Source: Octopus bimaculoides
Lineage: Eukaryota
Length of the DNA stretch: 64,000 bases
Reading direction: 5' to 3'
Assembly (NCBI RefSeq): GCF_001194135.2
Contig: NC_068983.1
Span: forward strand, 165,079,396-165,143,395
Position 1 is the first letter of the stretch, and each line of letters begins with the position of its first letter. Shown here one piece after another: positions 1-12,700 of the stretch. Under the pieces are notes generated by a model. That model ran no database searches. It worked only from the letters and a program-made list of their open reading frames with translations, and had not been told where the DNA came from. The position numbers were made by a program, and so were the translations under genes.

Positions 1-115
1 AAGGATGAAAGACAAAGTCGACCCCAGCGAAACTCGAACTCAGAACGTAGCGGTAGATGAAATACCGCTTAACGTTTTGCCCAGCGTGCTAACGATTCTG
101 CCAGCTCACCGCCTT
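1..115 (-). mobile_element. tRNA-derived SINE, family A (5' part, runs off the window edge)
   Basis: Reverse complement reads aaggcggtgagctggcagaatcgttagcacgctgggcaaaacg...gagttcgagtttcgctggggtcgactttgtctttcatcctt. It matches the family A copies at 47733 and 62529 and has a B-box-like GAGTTCGA. Confidence 0.85.
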
Positions 116-489
116 ATTAATAAATAAAATAATGCTCAGTATTACATTTCGCTTTTAATCTACTGAATTCGGAGTTCAAATTAAAGAGATTTTCGCTTTG
201 CATTGAACTCCTCCTTTATCCCGCGATGAAATAACACCAACAATATAATCTGCGCCATATTACTGTTTTTAGTTCGAAAGTCAGACCCATCTGAGATTCT
301 CCTTCTCTCTACCCTCACACATATATACTCCAGTGTCGATAAAATATACTGAACTATGGATCTACCGAACACTCAATTAATCAACCGAGTCTGTTTTCTT
401 GGGGTTGTATCATGAATTTGTGCTGCTCGTATTGACCACCTGACCACATCTGCACAATGTTAACTGATTCCACTCATATTTTAATAAGA

Positions 490-670
490 AAGGCAGCGAC
501 TTAGCGGAATCCTTGGTCCGTCGAACATAATTGCTGCCTGGCTTTCATTCCACCGCAATATATTCTCAGTTCAAATTCCGATGACATTCTGGGGTCGTTA
601 TCTTAAAATACCAGTCAAATACTGATGTCGACGTAATCGACTTACTCCCATCCTCTTTAAAATTATTGGG
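490..670 (+). mobile_element. Degenerate family A SINE
   Basis: aaggcagcga...cagttcaaattccg...ggggtcg...taatcgact aligns loosely with the other family A copies. Confidence 0.5.
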
Positions 671-859
671 TTTTTTTTTTTTTACTAAAATGAGTAAAAA
701 TTATCATTACAAAGAATAGTGTTTCTTTTTTTCAATTATTTTGTGTCGCCACTTGATTTAATGCTTGTTATTGGCTCCAAGAAGTAGCGTTAAAGACATT
801 CATTCTGTTATAGGTTTTCGAAGTAAAATCCCAGCAAAGGCTTTTCGTCACCTCACACC

Positions 860-3420
860 GCACCAACACGATCCCCTTTTTTAAATGTCTCACTCGGAAA
901 ATAATGCTGAACTTCACTGGGCATTTTTTTCTTCTCTTCTGAAATATTGTTTGACGCCGATCTATTCAGGCTACACTCTCTATTTAAACTCCGCCCTGAA
1001 TAACGGAGCAAAAGCTTTTTCAATGGGGCATCAACAATAATTCAAGCTTTTTCAATGGAGCATCAACAATAAAGTCTCTCAGTCACTCTGGTTCAATATC
1101 TCCTCCCACCTTCCTCTAAATACATCTCCTCCGTCCACCTCTACTTTTTCCTTCTGCTACCAACTCTTACACTGTTCCTCTTCCTGCACCATGACCCTAA
1201 TCCAACTTCAAACCTTTCGGAATTCATCGTCCTCATTGAGGGCGTTTGCAAAGAAACCAAATATTTTATGCAAACATCTTTTCTTTGTAAGAATTAGTTT
1301 CATTCCCCAATATTTTATGTGTGGTCGATACACAAAACATTCTTATCTCACAAGATCTCTCTTTCTCTTCGAAACTCAGTCTGCCAAACCATCAAGGTCC
1401 CTACACTGATAGGGTTGCCCAGTCCTATTCTATCTCAATTACTCCCACCGCCATCACAACATCCATATAGTATGGAATGTCCCCATTTCCCGGATTCTGT
1501 AACACTTCAAGTCAGCTGATCGGTCAGAGCTCCACCAGGTCAATGCTATTCATGAAAGCGCATGCGCCTTACTACTGACCCACCAGAGACAAATAAACGG
1601 GTGACTGAAAGTATTCGCTTAGAACTGTCCGTCCACGACTCCTTCAGGATCAAATCCATTAGCCCCAAAATCCCCTAATCATTCTTCACTGCGCTTTAAC
1701 CATTCAAATAAAGAATAAGGCCAACAACATTTTAAAAGACCACAAAACCGTATAAACGGGATACTTTTACACCACCCGAAACATGAATGGTGTCCCAGTG
1801 CAGCGCTCAATCTGCCAGCCATGGCAATCCTGTTGGCCTCCTGCCAACAGAATCACATCCATCTTAGTGGAATCGTTCTTACTTTAATATATGAACTAAT
1901 AGAGCTCTGTAACAAATACTGCCATCCCCGGTCGATAGAGCTTCCATATTTGCAATCCACTTTACATCGATCGCATCACTACACACACTGAGCAAATTTT
2001 CTTCAAAACCATCTTCCTCCACGTCAGACTCAGCACCATTAATAACACGTTCGCATCATTCAAGGAAGTTCTTCTGGTTGTTTCATATCATCGAGGTCAC
2101 CGGTCATAAACACTGTCCCATCCGTTACAATCAAACAAGCCAACCCCCTTTTTCTTCACTAAACTATTCGGTCTATCCCAATCTCTCCTCTTCTCTCTCT
2201 CTCTGTCTCTATCTCCCTCTCTTTCTCTCACTCCCTCTCAGGGAGTGTTTCCCCACTTTTAAAACCACCCTAGTGTTTTCCATTCTTCAGAACAGCAACA
2301 ACCCTAACCCGACCAACAACTATCAATCTGTTGCTTTCATTTCCAAAATCTCAGAGGTGGTGGTCATGGTCATTAACAATCATATTCAACACATTGTATT
2401 CCTTTCCCACTTTGATGACCTTCAGTAAAGCCAGATCTTGTATATTTTAGTATATTTTTGTACTTCTATGTTCCTTCCTGCCTACCCACCACTACCACCA
2501 CAACTCACATTTGAGAAATTTAATGAAAATAATGGTGTTTTGCCACGAATTACATCAACAACGTAATTGCCTAATTCCAACTTGTGGAGTTTCTTGCTAA
2601 ACTGCTAGTCTTTACATTCCACCTTTCTCTCAACTCTTGGATGTCAGGTTTCCTATCAGACCGCATTAACACATCTGCTGATGGAAATCTCTTTCTGACC
2701 CGACACTTAATAAACTCTACGCTACACAAGGGTTAAATTTTCTTCCCCTCCATCAATGATCGTCTTGCCCTTACCTCCAACAACACCCATTTTTACTTGG
2801 ATGATATCACCTTCATTCCACCCCCCCACCNNNNNNNNNNNNNNNNNNNNNNNNNNNNNNNNNNNNNNNNNCACCACCACTACAAATGCTACACGTGACT
2901 ATCACTGAGAAACTCTTCAGGCGATTCCACTTCGTAAACATTGTAAAGACGAAAACATTAAAATGTCTTGTTTTCCTTCTGTGAGTCAGAAAATATTTCC
3001 TCTCCCAACAGTTGCTAAACATATGCAAAGATCACCTGAGATTCGCAAAAGAATATGATGTATCCATATTTCAGTTGGAGAGAGATGCTGCTACCGCTGC
3101 TACACATAGATATTCTTGACTACATCCAAGATAATGCCATCCAAATGATTGCCATGAAGGCACTCATCAACAAGATTCATCCTCCCACTTAAATATGTAC
3201 TGTGTCCGCTCTGTGTTTCTTCCACCACTACTACATCGTCCTATGCCCCTCGGTGCTAGATGGCCTCGTGTTATCTTCTCTCAAGCCTACCTCACCCTGC
3301 CATTCTTGTCATATATATGTGTGTGTGTGCGCACGCGCGTGTGTATTTATATATATATATTGTATATGTACATATATATCATGTCCTATACAACAACTTG
3401 CTATTAACCACTCTCCGTAG
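860..3420 (+). mobile_element. Heavily decayed APE-type LINE (CR1/L2/Jockey group) ORF2 remnant
   Basis: Fragmentary translations resemble LINE ORF2: HFKSADRSEL (about 1505); NNPNPTNNYQSVAFISKISEVVVMVINNH (2295-2385, like the NYRPISLLS motif); LLAKLLVF..LNSWMSGFLSDR (2595-2665); ALCFFHHYYIVLCPSVLDGLV (3205-3270). It has many stops and frameshifts, an internal gap and a CT microsatellite. Confidence 0.6.
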
Positions 3421-4404
3421 ACTTATGTCCCAAAAACATCAACAATATGCTACATTAAGCATATTGAACTAACTTGAATGGCATCTTAAGAACGAGTACA
3501 TTATCATAAGCCCACGTCGATTTAAACTTCGGAGATGAAACTGGATAGTAACAGAAATTATATGTAAGCCCTTCAAGTGGGACATAACTATACTTCCTTC
3601 GGCCGGCCAGCCTTGCCAGTCAGTACTTCGCGCTTATTCAGCCTTATTAAAGCTATATGTGTCTGTGGAATACTCAACCACTTCTTTATTACTTCAATAA
3701 GAAGGCAATTCAGTTGTTCGGACAACTGGTAGAGTCATCTTTAAAACCGACGCAAATCCATTTACATATTATTCTTATTTACTTATGATAATGTTAAAAG
3801 CGATGAATATTGAATAAAGTAATGGATTTTTGAAATCAATACGTTTTACTGAATACATTGAAGCAAAACTGATTTTTTTTTTAATCCGCCATATTAGTTC
3901 TATTTTTATCTTATTTATTTAATAGTTTTTTCTGTTGCAGTTTTGCTCGACATGGATATTGTATTGCGGTTTACTGTGCACGGTTATTCTGTAGTTTACT
4001 GTGCATTTCTCTTATCCTATCGAAAATGCACCGAAAACAACAGATGCGCAAAGTTACAATGGACGTATACTAAAGCTTTACATTTCACATGAGTCAATAT
4101 GATGTTTGTGGCAGTTATTATGTTAATCATCTCATGTTGAATATGTCTAATTTACATGTCGTAAATATCTCACAAGGACCCTCATTTGTTCAATCGAATT
4201 AGTTCATTACTCATGGCATTTATTGAATACACACATTTCACGTGGTTAAACTCATTTGAATTTTTTCTTTATTTTCTTTCTTTTTCTTTTTGGCATCGTT
4301 TCATAACATTCACTGTCCTTGCCGACTTTCCTCCCTCATTCACTCACTTCCTGTATCACTTGCACATCACTAATTTCCTTCTCTCTCTTTCATACACGAC
4401 TGGC

Positions 4405-4720
4405 ACTCCGTCGCTTACGACGTCGAGGGTTCCAACTGATTCGATCAACGGAACAGCCTGCTCGGGAAATTAACGTGCAAGTGGTTGAGCACTCCACAGA
4501 CACGTGTACTCTTAACGTTCTTCTCAGGGACGTTCGACGTGACATATGATGTGATAAGGCTGGCCCTTCGAAACGCAGGTACAACTCATTTTTGCCAGTC
4601 GAGCAGACTGGTGCAATTTGAAATAAAGTGCCTTGCTCAAGAGCACAGCACGCGCCGGAAATCGAATTCTCGACGTTATGATCATAAGCTGAATGCCCTA
4701 ACCACTAAGCCACGTGTCTT
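4405..4720 (-). mobile_element. tRNA-derived SINE, family C (full length)
   Basis: Matches the copies at 45823, 50368, 51959 and 58133: tRNA-like head (cttagtggttagggcattc...gaattcgatttcc), a central cttgagcaaggcactttatttca block and a 3' end ccctcgacgtcgtaagcgacggagt. Confidence 0.9.
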
Positions 4721-4781
4721 CTCCTTTCTTTCATAGATCTAAGCATGAAAGAGAACTAAGGCTACACAAAAAAAAAATAAT

Positions 4782-4784
<3 letters not shown>

Positions 4785-4843
<59 letters not shown>
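4785..4843. repeat. (TAA)n microsatellite
   Basis: About 19 perfect units, read directly; immediately 5' of the R4/Dong-like fragment. Confidence 0.95.
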
Positions 4844-4845
<2 letters not shown>

Positions 4846-5164
4846 GAAAGAAAAGTCGACAGATATGACAGGTTAGCTTGGGAAGTTAAGCAGTTGTGGT
4901 CGATGGAAAAGGTAGCAGTAGTACCAATAATTTTCGGAGCCCTGGGAACGGTGAGCAAAAATCTAGAGAAGTACGTGGAACAAATAGGGGCTGCAATAAG
5001 GGTGGAGCACTTGCAGAAAACAGCACCGCTTGGAACCGCTCCAATACTCCGGATGGTGCTCGAAAAATAAGAGGTGTTACCTTAGTTCACTGGTAGTGAA
5101 CAGCTGACACCGCAGTACATCTCCAGCGTTAGAAGCTGTGCAAACGCAATAATAATAATAATAA
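4844..5164 (+). mobile_element. 5'-truncated R4/Dong-like (REL-endonuclease) non-LTR retrotransposon 3' end
   Basis: Encodes KERKVDRYDRLAWEVKQLWSMEKVAVVPIIFGALGTVSK...HLQKTAPLGTAPILRMVLEK* (stop at 5070), the C-terminus of a REL domain. An approximately 78-nt 3' UTR and (AAT)n tail follow. A near-identical copy lies at 62006-62429. Confidence 0.85.
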
Positions 5165-6577
5165 ACTTTAACTGATCATACAAATGTGTGTACGGCGTGC
5201 TTTTCCCTTATANNNNNNNNNNNNNNNNNNNNNNNNNNNNNNNNNNNNNNNNNNNNNNNNNNNNNNNNNNNNNNNNNNNNNNNNNNNNNNNNNNNNNNNN
5301 NNNNNNNNNNNNNNNNNNNNNNNNNNNNNNNNNNNNNNNNNNNNNNNNNNNNNNNNNNNNNNNNNNNNNNNNNNNNNNNNNNNNNNNNNNNNNNNNNNNN
5401 NNNNNNNNNNNNNNNNNNNNNNNNNNNNNNNNNNNNNNNNNNNNNNNNNNNNNNNNNNNNNNNNNNNNNNNNNNNNNNNNNNNNNNNNNNNNNNNNNNNN
5501 NNNNNNNNNNNNNNNNNNNNNNNNAGTGTGACGAAAGAACTCTGGCCGAAATAAGATTAAGATTAATGTAATATAAAGCTGAAGCAAATTAACACCAAAT
5601 ATACAGTGCGTGTGTTTTTATTGGCTAAACTGGCAATATGACCATCCCCAAGTACAACAATATATATATATATATAAATGTACGTGTATTTTTCAATGTG
5701 TACAAATAACACGGAAAAAATAAATAGTTACCAGGGTAGCAAAAATTAACATAAGGGCCAAAGATATTACAGCCTACTTATGAAGGTAGAAATTCCAGGG
5801 TTAAGTGAAATGTTTTTGTATGACATAGATAAATTAAGAAATGGAGTCAAACGCAGGTGTTATTCAAATCTTTATGCTTTCGACATATGTTTCGAAGAAA
5901 ACATTGATATTATTCCGGAGGGAATAAAATGATGAAAAACAATGCAATCATCTTGTCAGGGACGGCAAGAGAAACAAAACACATCAATAAGCCATTTTAA
6001 CCGAATGTGATTACTGTATATATGATGAAGGGAACCATAAATGGATTTAACGTCAAAGGCAATTTAGAGAAAGGAGAAAGAAAGAAATTAACGGAATATT
6101 AAGAGTGCAGAAATATAGTGCGATAGATGAATGGGAATAAAGCTTCAACGCGTGGAAATAGGTGGAAATAGTAGTGGAAATGAAATGTAAGAAGACAGTT
6201 AAAGGTCGAATTTTATAGATTGGTAGAAATGACTTATAGGAACTAAAGTTGTTTTGCCAATGTTTACAACGATAAACGCGTTCTTTAAATGTGTTTACAA
6301 AAGTATTCTCCGAGAAAAGGATGAGAAATTGTTCTTCGTTACTGACATATGACAAAGGTAAATCGTTTTGTCCGCTCTGTAACGAAGAGCAATTTCACAT
6401 TTTTTTCTCAACTTTAACCCTTATACACACGTTTAAAGAGCGCATTTGAGTTGTTTTAACTCTTCTTTCTAGCAATAGTGATGCTAGTCAGTACCTTCTG
6501 TCACTTTTATGACTTCTATTAATTTTGCCTTTAGGTTCAGATTCCTAATAAGGCACACATTTAATTTGGTGTGTGTG

Positions 6578-6609
<32 letters not shown>

Positions 6610-6695
6610 AGAGTATATAAAGACATATACACGAAGCTTATAAAATACTATTATTATTATTAACAAAACCATTCGCAGTAGTATATGTACGTATT

Positions 6696-6726
<31 letters not shown>

Positions 6727-7178
6727 GTACAGAGAGAAGTGCCTTGCTATGACTACAACACATCATTGGCAACTGTTACCAATCATATTCTCGTAGCAAT
6801 GCATAATCAAACTGAAGACAGCGGAAGTATTCGTCAGTCGAAGACATTTCCTGGCAAGCGCTGCCTTTTCAATTTTAGATTTCTAATTGTAAAATTCGGA
6901 TAGCTTTAACATTATAGAAACAGTATTGTGTATATTACGCAGATATTGATCGTTTGATGTTTAATTTAGAATCGTGTGCCTTACATGTGATTAGTATTTT
7001 TCCTCTCCCTCTTGTCTCATCGTCTGTTACTTTTGCTTGAGGCTCAACTCATTATTACTATACCACAACGCCTTATTTATCCTATCAATCTTTCTGGTCG
7101 GACTTCTAAGTTACAGGGAGGTAAAACAAACCAACGCCGGTTGCCTAGCAGTAGGAGAGACAAACTCAGATGCAATCC

Positions 7179-7225
<47 letters not shown>

Positions 7226-7431
7226 TTATATATTGATGTAGACAGCAGTTTGCAACGTTTCACCAAAAAGGAGAATTATAATTATTACTAAACATGACTA
7301 GTGTGTTATAAACACCAACATTGCTAGAAATAAGAGCTAAAATGCTCTAATGCTGTAGTCAAAGCACATAACTGTATACATATACACTGACAGGGACTCT
7401 ATGTGTGTGTGTGTGTTTGTGTGTGTGTATA

Positions 7432-7589
7432 CACGACGGGCTTCTACAGACTTTCCATATTCACTCAGAAGACATTGGTCGTTTTGGTTCGGGGTGAGAC
7501 ACTTACCCACAGTACCGTGCAGTGGGGCTGAACCCAAAACCACATGGTTGCAAAGCGAGACTCTTCAGCGCACAGCCACACCAGCGCCC
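7432..7589 (-). mobile_element. tRNA-derived SINE, family B (CORE-like), 5' half
   Basis: Reverse complement ggcgctggtgtggctgtgcgc...ccatgtggttttgggttcagccccactgcacggtactgtgggtaagtgtc...agaagcccgtcg matches the copies at 20160 and 25325. Confidence 0.8.
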
Positions 7590-7972
7590 TCTAAATAAAT
7601 GTCTATTTGGGGGAAAATCATTTTCGTTTAACAACCTAAATTTCTGTATGAAAGTGTAGAATAGTTTGGAATTTACTCATGCTTAGAGGTGGCGCCACCT
7701 AACGTTGCTGTTTTAGAAAATCTATTCTATTAATAGCAGTTTCTTGTTAATCAATTCTGCTTAGGCCGAAATAAGTGAAGAGAGCAAAACACTGTCTTCG
7801 TTGCTTTTGTATGCATCTCAAGTCAACTTGAATTATGTCATTCGCGGAAAACTTTTGTTTTCTTCAAATATAACATTTATAGTTTACGGAGTGAAAGATT
7901 AGGACGGGGAACATGTATTTTTCTTTGTATATGTATTTAAGATATATGATAGTGTATGCATGTGTATTTGTG

Positions 7973-8009
<37 letters not shown>

Positions 8010-8699
8010 GCAGAGAGAGAAAGGACACGAACCGCACTGTTCACGTCTTAAATCGCCTAAATGTGACATTTCTTTGCTGAGAGTGCTCTGCAATTAGCTC
8101 AAACTTGGTTGTGGCTATGCCCATTGTCTATAGAAAATAAATAAACGGAGAGAATAAATCTCGAATATATCCATATAAACGAAAAAATGCATATATTTAA
8201 CTTATGTAAATCACTGGTCCAGCAAATGTTTCTGCTTTTGTTAAAAGAAACAGGTTCTAGTGAAGCCATTCTAAAAACAACTCTGCCCAAGAATTTCAAT
8301 ACAAAGGGGCCAGAATGTTCAAGAAAAACGAAAGATATTTGTTCTACTGAGATACGATTAGTTGTCCTATAAATAGAATTGGAAAAGCTAAAATACTTAG
8401 CAATAATTTTAAGCAAGAATTAAACACTCAATTCTTTTGTAAGACATATAGAAGCTGCCCCTAAAGTATTCCTTCTGATAACAGTAATTAGATAATGTCT
8501 CTGAACTTTGGTAACCACAAAGTATTTAAATGAATGATGCAGCTTTATCGATAATGCTCGTTGTTGCTGGAAGATATCCAGGCTCTTGGTTTGAGTATCA
8601 CAAGGAAACTTTCAACATAGATATTGAATTTTCTACGTTTTGTTTTTTATCTAAAAAAAAGTATAAAAGCTGGAAGTAACTGAAAGGTCGGATCCTTGC

Positions 8700-9330
8700 T
8701 GGATTATGGAAACTGTTGTGTTTCAATGACCCTGAGAGTTATACCAACGGAGTGGAAGCTTTGGTAAGGCCTCCCATGTTGGAATGCGAAGGGATAGATA
8801 CCTCAGAAGTAAAAATGGGTTTGCGTAGGGTCCTGCCGAGAAAAAGAGTAAAGTTACAGAAACATCAACAACGATTTGAAACCAACAAGATCCACAAGTG
8901 AACGACCTACCATCAGGGAAAAAGATGACGCGGTACTGGAAAATCTGAAAGGAAGCTGCAAAGAAAAGCGGGGATCCAAATGGCGAGAAGAAGAAAAGAC
9001 AACCCAAAATCTAGATCAGTGGGGAAAAGTCGTCGATGGTCTGTAGAGAGTGAAGGACACTTAAGGAAATTGGAGGCAGTAACGTTGTTAAAAATGTTCC
9101 CAGTGACCCCTGTATAATTCCTTGCAAGAAAAAATACGTATTTTAGATACTCGATATATAAGGGTAGGATAATTTGAAGTGGCTGAGAAGCGATTTTAAG
9201 AGTCCCAGGGCCTATGTGGGTGTGATGTGGTGGGGTATTTATGGTTCTCGCGTGTGATCTGAGAAGTGATCTTGTCCAGACAGGAATATATAGCTTCGCT
9301 GCGGATATTGTTTGAATATGTGACTAAGAG
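8700..9330 (-). mobile_element. Ancient LINE remnant (APE endonuclease end and linker)
   Basis: The minus strand gives PSLSTDH (like the SDH end motif of APE) followed by SFLSDFP (like the LRSFFSDFPW linker). Very degraded. Confidence 0.35.
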
Positions 9331-10142
9331 CTATTGATGGACTGCGAACGAAAGATTTGGACGCAGAAACACGTGTTTTACAGTTCGATGACGTCATTCA
9401 TAGCCCAATGGTGTGTCTTCACATATATTGTCTGGAAGGACAATTCCTCTCTCCCGAGACAGCTTCCACAGCAAACATCTTGTCTGCGTTTGAGTGTATG
9501 GGAATATATTAAAGACAACGGTGCCCACCTACTGTACATACATGCATACATATATATATGCATGTATATATATATATATATATATATNNNNNNNNNNNNN
9601 NNNNNNNNNNNNNNNNNNNNNNNNNNNNNNNNNNNNNNNNNNNNNNNNNNNNNNNNNNNNNNNNNNNNNNNNNNNNNNNNNNNNNNNNNNNNNNNNNNNN
9701 NNNNNNNNNNNNNNNNNNNNNNNNNNNNNNNNNNNNNNNNNNNNNNNNNNNNNNNNNNNNNNNNNNNNNNNNNNNNNNNNNNNNNNNNNNNNNNNNNNNN
9801 NNNNNNNNNNNNNNNNNNNNNNNNNNNNNNNNNNNNNNNNNNNNNNNNNNNNNNNNNNNNNNNNNNNNNNNNNNNNNNNNNNNNNNNNNNNNNNNNNNNN
9901 NNNNNNNNNNNNNNNNNNNNNNNNNNNNNNNNNNNNNNNNNNNNNNTCTGTGTGAGTGTAAATATATTTATTTTCCAAGCTGCAACATTCCATAACAGAA
10001 TCTTTATGCGAAGTTTTTCTGACAGGGTGGGGGGAAAGAGTAGTGGTAGGAGGAGGCAGTTTGAGAAACACAGAGGAATCGATTAGATGGAAACTGAAAA
10101 GATTCTCATAAGAATCCAAAATATTCATAGTCTATCTGCTGG

Positions 10143-10195
<53 letters not shown>

Positions 10196-10454
10196 ACTTC
10201 CTCATTCACTTTCACTCGCTCTCTCGTCGCAGCTTTCTCTCTCTCTCACACTAACTCTGTTCCCCTCTTACTCTTTCTCGAGCATTTAATTTCAAATCCC
10301 TACAGAGCAAATCTATGTTTACACACACGAAATCGATTTTTTTATTATTCTATTTGATATAAAATATATAATAATCTTTCTTATTATCATTTAACAATGT
10401 TTAATAATCGGCGAGATTATGTAAGAATAAAATGCAAAAGAAGTTCTAAACGAC

Positions 10455-10705
10455 GTTACATGAGATGAGAGACGAGAGAGTGAGAGAGTAAGATGATGCG
10501 AGACGAGAGAGTGAGATGATGAGAGGGTGAGAGAGTGAGATGATGAGAGGGTGAGAGAGTAAGATGATGCGAGACGAGAGAGTGAGATGATGCGAGACGA
10601 GAGAGTGAGATGATGCGACATGAGAGAGTGAGATGATGAGAGGGTGAGAGAGTAAGATGATGCGAGATGAGAGAGTGAGATGATGAGAGACGACAGAGTG
10701 AGATG
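10455..10705. repeat. Purine-rich compound minisatellite built from GAGAGAGTGAGATGATG-like units
   Basis: Repeated gagagagt(g/a)agatgatg(c) blocks with gagac/gaggg spacers, read directly. Confidence 0.9.
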
Positions 10706-10994
10706 GTGTGATGTGTGTTTGGGCTTTTTCGCTTTTCTTATGTTGTGTACCTCAAACTATCTGCCATAGAGTTATGACAATATGTAAATGGAGGATTTTA
10801 TGTTTAGCATGAATTGCTCACGTTAGTCAGGAATCTTTAGCCAAATGATCTACCAAAATACCAAGTCAACCAAGACTTAACTGTTTGTCGATAACCGGAT
10901 GTACAATTGTATTTTTCCATCCGTCCAGTTTTCCGCCCACTATTCCTGAGAGGGAAAACTACAGATAAGGATAAGGTATAGGGAATGTCCAAGG

Positions 10995-11350
10995 ACTTGA
11001 GTTGGTTTGGCTCAGTGGTTAGAACGTCGGGCTCGCAATCACAAGGTAGTGATTTCGATTCCTGACCAACACACTTTATTTCACTTTGCTCCAGTTCACT
11101 CAGCTGTTCCAGTTCACTCAGCTGTTCCAGTTCACTCCAGATGTTGTAGAAATGAGTTGCAACATCACAGGTGCCAAGCTGTATCGGCCCCTTTGCCTTT
11201 CCCTTGGATAACATCAGTGGTGTGGAGAGGGGAGACCAGTATGCATGGGTGACTGCTGGTCTCCCATAAACAACTTTGCCCAGACTTGTGTCTGCGAGGG
11301 TAACTTTCTAGGTGCAATCCCATTGTCATTCATGACCGAAGGGATCCTTT
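10995..11350 (+). mobile_element. tRNA-derived SINE with a family C-like head and centre but a different 3' tail; internal 18-bp triplication
   Basis: Head tggctcagtggttagaacgtcgggctcgcaatcac...ttcgattcc; central cactttatttcac-ttgctccagttcactcagctg as in family C; the ccagttcactca block is repeated three times at about 11085-11140; tail ...ggtgcaatcccattgtcattcatgaccgaaggg. Confidence 0.8.
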
Positions 11351-11764
11351 CCCCTCTTTAGGGAGATAGAGAGGTCAGAGGCTCCATTTGAGAATAAATT
11401 CAGTTGAGCCTAGAACCCTAATTCTGTTTCACTGGATTACTACCTCCATATTACCTTCTGCTAGATTTCTCTTACAGCCACTATTGATGCCGTGGACCAG
11501 GATGAAGAATTCGCAGTTGAAGCTCAAATTCATTTGAGCGCTGCTATGCGTTTTCTATACTGAGCATATCAGTATGTATGTATTAATATATGTATGTCTG
11601 TATGTATGTATGCATGTATATATGTATGTATGCCATTATCCAGTTTTATTTCAAGATTTCTTGTTAATAGAGAAAGAGCCGGGTTTCTAACCTAGATTAA
11701 GTCTCCTTCAATGGAATTGCAACATCATCAGGGTATTTTTGTGTGTATGTATATATGTATGTAG

Positions 11765-11826
11765 TGTATGTATGTATGTATGTATGTATGTATGTATGTA
11801 TGTATGTATGTATGTATGTATGTATG
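11765..11826. repeat. (TATG)n microsatellite
   Basis: Direct reading. Confidence 0.95.
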
Positions 11827-12142
11827 CATGCATGCATGTGTATGTATACACGCATGCATACACATACGAATATATGTATGTTTAAGATGGCGCCGACAGC
11901 TTAAGACATTGTTTTAAGCGCCATTGATTCTACTTCCCAGATACGTCTTGCATAAAATTGAAATTTTAATATAATACATAAAAACTAAGGAAATTAACGC
12001 ACAATTGCGTTAGTAATTTGTAAATAATTAATTTTACCTCGTTTTACAAGCATAAATCAATGGTTTGAATAATCTACGTGTAGTTTTCCTAAATAAAAGT
12101 GAAATTGAAAATTATAGTCAACATATATATTTATGCATTCAA

Positions 12143-12220
<78 letters not shown>

Positions 12221-12409
12221 TCATAAATGTATACATATATATACATACATATTTGATTATGATGTGTGTATTAAAGAGTATAACGTATGGATATTCAAAT
12301 GGTGATGTAGACACACAAACACGTCCGTTGTGTACCATTTGAGATATTTATACGAATGAAACTTTACACTAATGGATGACAGCAAACTTTATACTGTGAT
12401 ATTGTATAC

Positions 12410-12570
12410 GTATGTATGTACGTATGTACGCATGTATGTATGTACGCATGTATGTATGTACGTATGTATGTATGTACGCATGTATGTATGTACGCATGTA
12501 TGTATTTACGTATGTATGTATGTATGTATGTATGTACTTATGTTCGTACGTACGTATGTATGTATATGAA

Positions 12571-12636
<66 letters not shown>

Positions 12637-12700
12637 CTTACATATATGTGTGTGTATGTATGTATGTATGTATGTACGTACGTATGTATGTATGTAAGCT
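12410..12700. repeat. Compound (TATG/TACG)n and (TA)n microsatellite
   Basis: Direct reading; source of several spurious MYVC/YIYI ORFs. Confidence 0.95.

Noticed and set aside
3925-4085. Good splice acceptor (tttttctgttgcag at 3927-3940) followed by short open frames
   Set aside because: No recognisable protein, no convincing donor, and no partner exon.
7687-7700. Perfect 14-bp palindrome AGGTGGCGCCACCT resembling paired CTCF half-sites
   Set aside because: A few 14-bp palindromes are expected by chance in 64 kb, and the upstream CCAC part of the CTCF motif is missing.
8099-8600. ORFs with faint PLE-RT-like wording
   Set aside because: No diagnostic motif survives; too degraded to assign.
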